The translations under genes were made by a program, and so were the position numbers. From Lingula anatina (Eukaryota > Animalia > Brachiopoda): DNA of 64,000 nucleotides. Shown piece by piece: positions 1 to 10,480 of the stretch; the first letter of the stretch is position 1, and the number at the start of each line of letters is the position of its first letter. Below the pieces are notes generated by a model, which was given only the letters and a program-made list of their open reading frames with translations, did not search any database and was not told the DNA's origin. The stretch lies in contig CM120643.1 of assembly GCA_051362555.1 (NCBI GenBank), positions 7,440,001-7,504,000 of the forward strand, read 5' to 3'.

Positions 1-1109
1 CTGCCATTTTTATATGTCCAACTAAGAAAATTGATGAGATGGGAAAAGTATCAATAGAAGTGTTAAATGTCCAATTTCCTCCATTCTGAGATTCTGAACA
101 TAGTGGATGATTGAATATGACAAACTGCAATGATATGAGTTTATTTCCATTTTTGACACTTTATTACACAATACATGATAACAAGTTTACCATGTTTTTT
201 ACATAATCAACTAACAATGTTGTAAAGATGCAGGAAATATCAAACAAACACTTTTAGGCATCTTATTAGTTAAATAATGAGACTGTTAACATGCCTAATA
301 ATTGAATCTGAGGAAATGTGAAAAAACAGTATAACTTCTTAAGTAATGGCCCGATTATGCTTATTTTCGAACTCAACCTGCGTTTTAGTAAGATTGACCA
401 CTCCTGTGAGTATAATTACAATTGGCCAATCCGTTTTTCTTATATTGTGTTATCAGTGTTGCATTTATATTGAAAATAGTGAAAAAACAGCATAAATTAC
501 CTAAAAGTGACCCGATCATGCTGATTTTCGAACTTGACCTGTGTATTATGAATATTCATCAGTTCTGTAAGTTTCAAGTCAAAAGGTAAAATGGTGTTCC
601 ACTTATCGTGTTATCGGTGCTGCATATATGCTGAAAAAAGTGAAAAAACAGCATAAATTCCCTAAAAGTGACCCGATCATGCTGATTTTCGAACTTGACC
701 TGCGTTTTATGAATATTCATCAGTTCTGTAAGTTTCAAGTCAAAAGGTAAAATGGTTTTCCACTTATCGTGTTATCGGTGCTGCATACATGCTGAAAAAA
801 GTGAAAAAACAGCATAAATTCCCTAAAAGTGACCCGATCATGCTGATTTTCGAACTTGACCTGCGTATTATGAATATTCATCAGTTCTGTAAGTTTCAAG
901 TCAAAAAGTAAAATGGTTTTCCACTTATCGTGTTATCGGTGCTGCATATATGCTGAAAAAAGTGAAAAAACAGCATAAATTCCCTAAACGTGACCCGATC
1001 ATGCTGATTTTCGAACTTGACCTGCGTATTATGAATAGTCATCAGTTCTGCAAGTTTCAAGTCAAAAGGTAAAATGGTTTTCCACTTATCGTGTTATCGG
1101 TAAAAGTGC

Positions 1110-1140
<31 letters not shown>

Positions 1141-1208
1141 CGGCGACGGCGACGACAGACGCAGATGATGGCTATATGTACAGACACATCTGTGTCTGTA
1201 CATAAAAA
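1..1208 (-). mobile_element. Non-autonomous Helentron-type (HINE/pearl-like) element, family A, copy 1 (runs off the window start)
   Basis: Terminal 14-bp hairpin TATGTACAGACACA-TC-TGTGTCTGTACATA (1175-1204) plus A-run, a GACGGC microsatellite (about 1110-1160) and an internal 161-bp array. Near-identical to 35112-35966. Confidence 0.8.
318..1100. repeat. 161-bp tandem repeat, about 5 units, inside HINE-A
   Basis: Units beginning GTGAAAAAACAG recur at about 318, 479, 640, 801 and 962. Confidence 0.95.
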
Positions 1209-1434
1209 TCATTGTTATCTGCATTTGGCACAATTCAAAAGAACGTGTTTACATTTGGGTTCTGTGTGCCGCCATTTTGGAACACGACAGTAACTTGATA
1301 GAAGATTCAGTGAAACCGATACCTAAACACTACTATGGTATATAAAATATAGCTTAAGAACATACTTTATCGTTCTGTCAAGTGCATTAGTAAAATTATC
1401 AACATATCAGCGTATAAACGTCTGTTCATCTTAC

Positions 1435-1462
1435 CTGTCTCTATGCCTGCTTCTCCCGCCAT
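1435..1462 (-). CDS. Candidate first coding micro-exon (MAGEAGIET/) of a gene running off the left edge
   Basis: Minus strand reads AAAT-ATGGCG...GAGACAG|GTAAGA, a good start context and a consensus donor. A GGAAGTG ETS-like motif lies just upstream. No downstream exon is visible. Confidence 0.3.
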
Positions 1463-1555
1463 ATTTAGGACGGCCGCCACTTCCAAGTTTTGAAAACGAG
1501 GCCAAATCTAATATTCTCCAAAATAACCGTCATATGAGCCGGTGGCTCCCGGGCT

Positions 1556-3270
1556 GTTGGTTTACCCTGTGAACATCTTCTTATATAGATATAAAATTTA
1601 AATTGCAACATAATGAGATCAATAATTGAAGAGAGGCTCGTAGAGCCGACTAAGCAATTCCTTTTTGAGACAGGTAGAGTAACTTGAGTATTACATAATA
1701 TATATTCTACCAAGTCGGTCAATAATTTTTGGGTAACCGCACAATTCCAGAATAAATGCTCTGTTGTTTCTTCAGCTCCTTTGCAAAGAGAACATATACT
1801 GTTGTCGACCATTTTATATTTGAAAAGCAGTGAATTTGTGGTAAGAATATTATGATTAATTCGAAATTGGAACCAGTGAAGCTTTGAGTCTTTTGTTATT
1901 GTAAAAGGAAGTTCAAAAATCTTCAGGCATTCATTTTCCTCCAAATTTAACAACTCCTTCCATTTATTCATACCTTTTGACATCTCAAGAACACCTAATT
2001 TACTTAAAGTTTTATAATAAATCTTTGAGCCTTTTGAACAACCTGACAGCAACAATATATGATCAGGAATTAAAGGAGTGGCCATTTTACTTAATTTTTC
2101 AGGAATACCACCAAGCTATTCTTTTATGGCTGAGATAATTCCATGGTATTCGACAAAATTTGTGTCAATACCGTGGATAACCCTGAACGCAGTGAAGTCA
2201 TAGAACTCTCCAGAGTCTGGGAGTAGATCATTAACAAATCTAATGTTTTTGTCATACCACGATGTATAGAGGACAGGTTTATTTCCAATAAGTATATTTT
2301 CATTAAGAAAGATTGGAATGTTACCAAAATCCTTCATTTTATTGGCCATTATTGTACCACAGAGTTCTTTCCAGGCTGCTAAGGCATCAACCCAGAATCT
2401 ATTTTTTTATGTTTTTCAAGATTTTGAGATATATTCTGTACCAGATGTGATTAGTTTTTCAGTGTCTACATATTTAGATATAATATTTTTCCATTCTTTA
2501 TTTTCGAACATACATGTAAGTCTTCTTACCCATGGAATTTTTAACGATTTTATAAAATGCCTCACGCTTACCATCCTCAAGCCCCCAGCTTTATAATCTC
2601 TTATAATGATATTTCTTTTAATTTTATCAGGTTTAGGCCTATTATTCCAGAGAAAAGAAAAAAGACACTTTTCTAATTCTTTAATCTGTTTTTCCTCTGG
2701 GTTTGGGAGCGATATAAATATATGGTTCAATACCGGCAAGGCTAATGTTTTTATTACTGTTATTTTACCAATTGGTGTAATATTTCTTACTCTCCACTGA
2801 TTAAATATTTTTTTCATGGAAGTTAATTTGGTCTCCATATTTTGCTTCATTATCTTACCTAAATCTACGTCAAATTCTATCCCTAGCATTTTGAAACTAG
2901 TTTTTCCCCAATATAATCTATATTTTGGGCAGAGGATATCTTTAGAGTATCGCTTTGACCCAATCCATATAACTTCAGTTTTAGAGAGATTAATATGCAG
3001 ACCGGAGATCTTCGAAAATGTATCCAAGACAAACATACATTCATTCAGTGACTTTTCTCTCCCGTCAAGTATAAGAGTAGTGTCATCTGCATATAATGAA
3101 ATTTTTAATTCTTTTGTACCTATATTAATACCCTTTATATTGTCATTGTTTCGTATAAACGCCGCCAATAATTCGGCGCATAGAATAAAGAGATAGGGTG
3201 AGAGGGGATCCCCCTGACGGCATCCTCTGTTAATTTTAAAGAATTCCGACATATTACCCCCTTGAAGCAT
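1556..3270 (-). mobile_element. L1/Tx1-clade LINE ORF2 remnant (RT C-half plus zf-RVT), truncated at both ends and frameshifted
   Basis: ORF 2416-3306 has RGCRQGDPLSPYLF and YADD. ORF 1465-2085 has WFQFRINHNIL and CSLC..ETTEHLFWNC. Frame breaks lie between the pieces. Confidence 0.92.
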
Positions 3271-3400
3271 TTGTTTATTCTGCTTATTTTGAGAAGGAGA
3301 TATCAATATCTTTCATTGCATTTACTAAAAATAAGACTCAAAGATATCTATCCCCTTCCCTACACAACACTTAACGTGTAAGTAAATACACATTTTCTTA

Positions 3401-3445
3401 GATAGACCATGGACCTAAGAGACCTCATTAGGTCCATGGATAGAC
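3401..3445. other. 31-bp hairpin insert with 7-bp TSD (P-element-like footprint or mini-element)
   Basis: GATAGAC [CATGGACCTAA GAGACCTCA TTAGGTCCATG] GATAGAC. Confidence 0.7.
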
Positions 3446-3485
3446 TATTATTCCATTCTGTGAATGTAATATGCCGATTCCCTAA

Positions 3486-3702
3486 AGCCCCCTTTACACT
3501 GGACGGCGTCCTTTCTGCGTCCCTCAGTGCGACCTCGTTTGAGAATAAAAAAATACTTAACGTGATGACAACTGGCCGATCACTGAGCATTCACTCTGCA
3601 ACCAAAGCGATGCTTGTGCCTCCTTTCTACACGACCACAGCGATGCCAGTTTTATTGTCGCGCAAAGGATGCAAAAAGACGCCATCTAGTGTAAAGGGGG
3701 TT
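3486..3702. mobile_element. PIF/Harbinger-type MITE
   Basis: TIRs AGCCCCCTTTACACTGGACGGCGTC and GACGCCATCTAGTGTAAAGGGGGTT, flanked by TAA on both sides. Confidence 0.85.
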
Positions 3703-4058
3703 TAACAGACGCTCTCTTGTGTGGTGCTTGCCACCAACTGCAGTGTACCGTAGAGAATAGAACATGTCAATAAGTGAACCTTACATAATAAAAAAAAATT
3801 GCCATGTGATCAATAAGACTCCAAATCTATGTGTGAAGATCGATTTGTGGTCAAATTATCAGAACTCTATTAAGATTGCATGTGCGCCAGATCCCCTCCC
3901 CCGAGTACCCACTATCGCCGCAGTAGTTGAAATAAATAATAAAAAAGAGAAAAAAACTACAGGTGATTTCCTTTGGCGCTCTTACTTGAGTACGCTATTT
4001 AAAAAAAGGCTGGGACCTAAGATATCTTTTATTTTTAATGAAAATTGCAAACAGGTTA

Positions 4059-4301
4059 CAGGGGCGGATTCAGGATTCGCGGATGCGAAGTCGACCCCCC
4101 TCCTCTTGGCGCGGGGTGGGAGGCCGGTGAAGGGCCCAGAAAAAGTTTGGTATTTTAGAGGGCGAACAGGGCCATATAGTACGGTTAATAACTACGATTC
4201 AGCTAGTCGAAATTCTTATTTCAAGAGGGGACCATTGATTTTTTTCAGAAACTGAAGAAGGGGTCAGGACCCCCCTGACACCCACCCTATATCTGCCACT
4301 G
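4059..4301. mobile_element. hAT-like MITE (CAGGGGCGG termini)
   Basis: CAGGGGCGGATT...ATCTGCCACTG with 5-bp flanking repeat GGTTA. Confidence 0.65.
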
Positions 4302-4400
4302 GGTTATACTGTAATCCTGTGGTGCACACCTACGCTGATTAAAAGATAGACCAGGATAGTAAGTAATAAAGATAAGGATATCTACACCCCCTAACCCCCC

Positions 4401-4403
<3 letters not shown>

Positions 4404-4441
<38 letters not shown>
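4404..4441. repeat. poly-C tract
   Basis: Homopolymer run. Confidence 0.95.
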
Positions 4442-4909
4442 AGCTACGGTCGGTATATTTATTTCAGTTTTCAAACCACATAAAACTGGACCTGTAAGTG
4501 GTTTGTACATGTATATCTTTTAACAGGCTGTACTTTTTTTTCAACATTGCTGAATATAACATGGGACTCGTGCAGTGGTGCTATGCCCCTGAGATCAGTT
4601 ATCAACGGCTTACTAGCTGTTACTCATCTGGCCAGCTTTGCATTCTTTCCCAATTACAATGATCAATACTTCTTTGAATATCAAAATGATATAAAGAAAA
4701 AATTACCGCAAAATGTAATCGCTCCTCATTTCTCTTGTTGGCACTCTCTCCATGTCCAGCGGTACTTGTAGTGCCCAGTCCAACAAATACTTAATACAAA
4801 ACAGATAATAACATTGAGTTCTTTTGCACATTTCGTTATCATAAATTCCCCAATAAGATTGATTAAGATTCCTTTTATCATGTCTTAGCAAATTGATTTT
4901 GAGAAGCGC

Positions 4910-4989
4910 GCGCACACAAACCCACCCACCCCCCACCCCTCACACACACACACACACACACACACACCCCTCACACACACACACACACA

Positions 4990-5030
<41 letters not shown>

Positions 5031-5045
5031 GGAGAGAGAGAGAGC
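4910..5045. repeat. (CA)n/(GA)n compound microsatellite
   Basis: Read directly. Explains the HTHT/CVCV ORFs. Confidence 0.95.
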
Positions 5046-5249
5046 AGGTTAAATTTCTTAGGTGATAAGAACAATCAACAAAGATCAACATAAACCGTCT
5101 CGAATCGGACTTCTCACAACATTTTCCCCTTTCTTTAAACTTAACAAATTCAAGCCATCAAATTATGTAAGATTTTACCTCAAATTACCAAATATCATAT
5201 CATCTCCATACATACAGGTAGACATACTGTCAAAAGATACTGGTAGATC

Positions 5250-5417
5250 CAGGGGCGGATCCAGAGCTATATACTGACAGTCTTCCAAATTATCTTTGTT
5301 GATTCATCCTCCAATTTTGACCGTCTTCCAACATGAAAAATTGGATACCCGTCAATGTAAACTTGAAAATCTGACCGTCTTCTGGAAGACCCAGAAGACA
5401 GCCTAAATCCGCCCCTG
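5250..5417 (+). mobile_element. hAT-like MITE family M1, copy 1
   Basis: TIR CAGGGGCGGAT/ATCCGCCCCTG with exact 7-bp TSD GTAGATC. Homologous to 8461-8628 and, inverted, to 60627-60788. Confidence 0.85.
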
Positions 5418-7932
5418 GTAGATCAACTTAAACAGTTTTGAGTAAGAATTCTCACAATATTTGTTTTTTTTAGTTCTTTTATTTTTTTGAAACAAAGTCA
5501 AGTTGTTACATCATCTAAGATTTAATTAAAAATATGATATTGCATACATGGACATACTTTATGAACATTTCTGTAGTTGTCGTACATTTGTAACCTAAAT
5601 TTCTTTGTCTTGGAAACTCGCTGATGAAAAGAGTATGTGTACTTATCTAAATACAAGTAATCTACAGGCCTTTTCTATATTTTGGCTATACATAAGACTT
5701 GACGAAACTCTCCCTGATATCTTTTATTTTATAAGTTTTTTTTTGTTCTAAGTGTATTTTGTGATAACCCTGTAAGAATGTTAGCATGGCTTTATTATGA
5801 ATTTTCGATAAAAAAAAACTAGTAGAATACTTTAACATAACAAGAAACAAAGATGACGGTGCTGCTTTTAGTGGTTTCTTTCGACAGGATTTACGATGTA
5901 TTACGATGCGGTCTATCTATACTACACTGAAGCTTGGACTTCATAACGAATAACGTTATTATGTCCAAGACTGAAGGCATCCGTAACTGTTTTTGGATTA
6001 AAATACTCTAGATTCAGCAGAATTATCATATCAAAAACACCAAAAAGTGATATCTCAAATCTACCGGAGTAGTTAATTTTTATTTTATTTCCGTTATCAG
6101 ATTTCACAATTAACTCTTATGCCTAGATTACATTAGAAAAGGGTGTTGTGCGATGAAATTATATACGATTTTCCGTGCGTTTTTTTAAACGTCGTACGGG
6201 CTACAGCGAATACGTTTACATTACGGGTGGGTTAATGTTAATGTTTATGTTAATGTTAATCAATCGCCAAAATATTTATTTTATTACGAAACATTGCTTT
6301 TTTACACAGATACTAAAGAAATGAATCTTGAGCTGGTCCAACCATTGTACTTCATATCTGCTCATTAATGACAAAATCCCCGCAATACAACTGGTACACA
6401 ACAAGTAGACTGTCCTGCAGGTAGGTGCAACAGGTTTAGTCAGCCAATGGGCACACAATGATGCTTTAACAGGACTTCTTTAAAGCCTTCTGCTGCTGCT
6501 ACGCAAAGACGGAATGAATATAAAACATTGATGCGTGTATCAGAATATCTCGAAAATAGATAATTTACTAAAATAAAATGGCGATTGTTTTATTTACATT
6601 ATTATTGCTTTTACATTAGACTGAGGTCTCGGTTTTATTCTACCGGATTCCATTGCTGACAAAATCAATACTGGAGACGACGTAAAGCGGTTAAATTGAC
6701 GTGGATAAAGAAATTAAATCTTAACTTGAGCCTTAACTATAGCGTTTTACTACAGACAAGAGGTAAGACTGAACAGATGAACAGGTCCAACAGTGCTGTA
6801 TCATCCTCACCCGGTCTTCTCTTGATGGATGACAGCGCCCTCCTCGTGAAAAAAATTGAGTTGTTCCCACAGAAATACGTAAAGCGTGTACTGGGGTTGC
6901 CAGACACCTTTTTTTCTAGACCTTCTTCATGCCATTTTCTTTAGTTTTTTTTTCTTTTACAGATCTTGTACCAATGCTCCAACTTGAACATTCCTGGGCC
7001 CTTCATAATACGTTGATAAAAACGAATAAAGCAATAAATGGTTGGTGAGGGCAGTTTCTACAATAAAACACCAACACTAAAAGTAATAATAAAAGATACC
7101 GAAATTTCTGCTTACTGTTGTCTTTTCCCCGTCATTCGTTTTAGTCTAAATCATCATTTTGTGCACTGTCTTCAAATATTCATGAAGCCCAGATTTTGGG
7201 AGAGGGGCAACTGCCGCAATGAAGCCCACGTAATCCTCTAGCTAATTTCATTTAGAAGCACACTTACCACATCGTCACCATGATAACAATATAAGCTCTT
7301 TCTGTAAAATAGCAAAATTTCTGTCCACATTCAAATGATTTTGTAAGAATGAAAACATCAGTTGAATAACATGACTATAAACCAATGTTATGAGATATGG
7401 TATGTTTAACCTGAAGCTAGGGGATGAACAAGGACAATGAGAAGTCGTTCTCTGTAATGGGTTCCTGACCACTCCTCTAGGTCCAACCTTATCAGTAAAA
7501 TACGTCAGGGGGTGTTCCATGCCAAGTAAGTGTCTCGTCTGTCAAGCTGCAGGCAAATATGACATCAGTGCAAACATTGAATCGCCGAGTAGGAGAAGGG
7601 GTTGGGGGCAACGAAAAAAATCACTCACTTGAAGTTGGCCATCGACTGACTGGGGTCTCGGTTCTCGATGCAATATATCAAGAACTTGTTTATAAATATG
7701 TAAAGTGGTAAAGAAATGAACAGGGCCCATCATCCTCTTCTCCGCTAATAACTGACGTGGCTGAAAATGTAAGGGCGGGGTGGGGGGAGGAATAAACTCC
7801 TATCCCCCCCCCACCCGCCCCTGCAAATATTTTTCTCAGCCTACTGTCCTTATCATATAGAAATAAAGAAATACAGTGTTAGGTATGTGTGATGTAAATG
7901 GAAATAACTTTTATTTTATTTTATTTATTTGT

Positions 7933-7971
<39 letters not shown>

Positions 7972-8460
7972 TTAGTTTTGGAAACTTTTAAGGTCAGACT
8001 GAAAGAGTGCTTTCTTATGCAAGAATGATAACTTACAGAATATCTCTAAACCGAAATCGTAAGAATGGAGATACTCATAATAAACGCGTCTGCTTTCTCT
8101 AAATTTCGTTTTTTTGCATCACAGGCTGATGATTTAAAAAAAATATAGAGTAGAAACTGAGAATGTGCTTACTACTGGAAGAAACTACACTGGGTTCATT
8201 TCACCACTCAAAGTTTCAGTTAATGCAGATAAGAAAATGACAGAGCAAGTCAAAGCTGAACACACCAAACGAAACCATCGAATATTGTCACAGAAAAGCA
8301 AAGTGTGTATAAAAACGGCCAATACATTATCTTTAAAGTGGTTTTTAATACTTCTAATTATTATCTATTTTGAACCGGGATTTAACATATGTATTACTGC
8401 GAACTCAATTTATTATCGTGTATTTATTTATTATTTATCTATTTTCCTCTTGTGGGTAAT

Positions 8461-8628
8461 CAGGGGCGGAGTCAGAGATATTTTCTGACAGTCTTCCAAA
8501 TAATATGTGTTGATCCATCCATTTTTGACCGTCTTCCGACAGAAAAAAATTAGATACCCGTCAATTTAACAACTTGAACATCTGACCGTCTCCCGGAAGA
8601 CCCAGAATACGGCTTCAATCCGCCCCTA
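8461..8628 (+). mobile_element. MITE family M1, copy 2
   Basis: CAGGGGCGGA...ATCCGCCCCTA. Internal CTGACAGTCTTCCAAA, TTTTGACCGTCTTCC and GGAAGACCCAGAA blocks are shared with 5250-5417. Confidence 0.8.
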
Positions 8629-9074
8629 GTCTTTAGAATCTCCATTACAAAGTAAAGTGTGTCCCTCAGCAAGGTGGGACTACAGAGCTATACTGGCGCA
8701 GAACAGACTTGCAATTTCTTTTGGATTTCAAATTCTTTCCTTTGCTCTCAATCTTCTAAACATCTAAACTGAACAGTCCTCCTGCCGACAATCTCCAACC
8801 GCAAGCGTAGCTTGGGCTTATTTTTAACATTACTAAAAAACTCCCTGCTAGTATAGAAATGTAAGACCGAGACTTTTTAATTAAAACACGGCACCCTAAA
8901 CTGTAAATAATATCTGTTTATTGCACATGTCTATACATTTATTTACTCAATAGTGACGTCCGGAGGTTGGCGCGGTAAACAAATACACTGCTTCGACACT
9001 GATTTTTTAAAATTTAAAGTAAAACGAGAAAGTTGAAAAATTGAGTAAACGTTTGAGTTTTTCTATATACAGTA

Positions 9075-9248
9075 CAGGCCTGAGCCAGGGGGGTTCGGGG
9101 GGTTCGAAAGAACCGCCCTTTTTGCTGGGAAAAGGTCCACTCTGGGTAAAAATTGATCTACATGTGTAGGTGCATGAAGTTTTTACAGAAAAAGGTCCAC
9201 TTTTTCAGAAAAAGAACCCCCCTTTTGAAATTGATGGCTACGGGCCTG
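9075..9248. mobile_element. hAT-like MITE
   Basis: CAGGCCTGAGCCA...TGGCTACGGGCCTG with 5-bp flanking repeat CAGTA and internal AAAAGGTCCAC repeats. Confidence 0.7.
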
Positions 9249-9422
9249 CAGTACCTAATGCCTGTCAAAAGTCAGAACGGCTTTCACTTTAAGATAATGA
9301 TTTCCTGTTTATATTTGAATATGAATAAGCTTTAGTTATTTTCCTGTAAAGCTCTCTTTTGGAAGAACGGAAGGAAAAGTATTCAAACTGTCTTATTTGA
9401 TGTTAAAGTTTCATATCGATAG

Positions 9423-9468
9423 CTGTATGCTTGGACCTAAATAGAGATATTTAGGTCCAAGCTGTATG
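9423..9468. other. 32-bp hairpin insert with 7-bp TSD (P-element-like footprint or mini-element)
   Basis: CTGTATG [CTTGGACCTAAATA GAGA TATTTAGGTCCAAG] CTGTATG. Arms share TGGACCTAA with the 3408 insert. Confidence 0.75.
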
Positions 9469-10210
9469 TAAATAACAGTTATTTTGGTTCTATCTCACCG
9501 CTGTGATCATATCCACTTCGAAAATACCCCTCTCATGTGGGAAGTGGTTGTGACGCTTATTTCTTTTTATAGCCAAAAACGAATTCTCCAAGTGGAGCGA
9601 CCCATCGTGGCTATTAAACCTCGGGCTGGTCACTTGGCATGTTGAATTTCACTAGAATTTCAGGGGAGAGGTTCTCTGTGATCGTGTACGCCACTAATTC
9701 AACCAACTCCACAAAGTCTTACCACAGCGTTGTGCGGAACCCATGTTACACTAACGAAGGGAAATAATGTAATTTAAAATCTGGCCGAACTAAATTATAT
9801 GAAACATATTTTTGGAAACAAGCAAACAAATAAACGAAAAATAAAAAAATCTAACTTACTATATAAATATATAAATAATACATGTAAATATGTAGATAAA
9901 AAAGAATGAAAGAAAGATAAGAAAAGAAAAAATGAAAAGAAAAATGCTGCAAATGGAGTGAAAATTATTTCCTCCCTGCAGTTTCACAAAAGTCAATTAT
10001 TATAAACAGAATGTGACTAAAATATGATGAACACATTAAGTCTTTAGTTTCTTATATATTGTATATCTTTAATCACTCAACTAGCTGACGCCCGAATAGT
10101 TATTTTACCTTGTCTTGCCTATATTTTAATTTTCTTATTTAAATCTTGTAGACAGTCCGCTCTCTACGGCGTTTTCATTGTTCGACAGCTATACTTGATC
10201 ACCAGTATAA

Positions 10211-10480
10211 TGATTGACGTTTGTTTAAATAACTGCCAATCAAGCCTTCCACTTTTAATAGCTTTGATTGGCACCTCTCAATCACAGGAGGTAAAAGCTC
10301 CTTTGCAGGATGATTGTGATTGACGTTTGTTTAACTAACCGTCAATCGAGCTGTCAAATTTGACAGCTTTGATTGACACCTATCAATCACAGGAGATAAA
10401 AGTTCTTTGGCGGTATGGATGTGATTGACGTATGTTTACTCAAACTGTCAAATTTGACAGCTTTGATTGATATCTATCAA
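10211..10480. repeat. About 105-bp diverged tandem repeat (about 2.5 units) rich in TGATTGAC/GTCAATC, probably inside a decayed non-autonomous element (about 10078-10615)
   Basis: Units start TGATTGACGT at about 10211, 10317 and 10422. Confidence 0.7.

Noticed and set aside
4885-5093. ORFs rich in HT/CV dipeptides, and the YI-repeat ORFs at 14793-15327
   Set aside because: Translations of (CA)n and (TA)n microsatellites.
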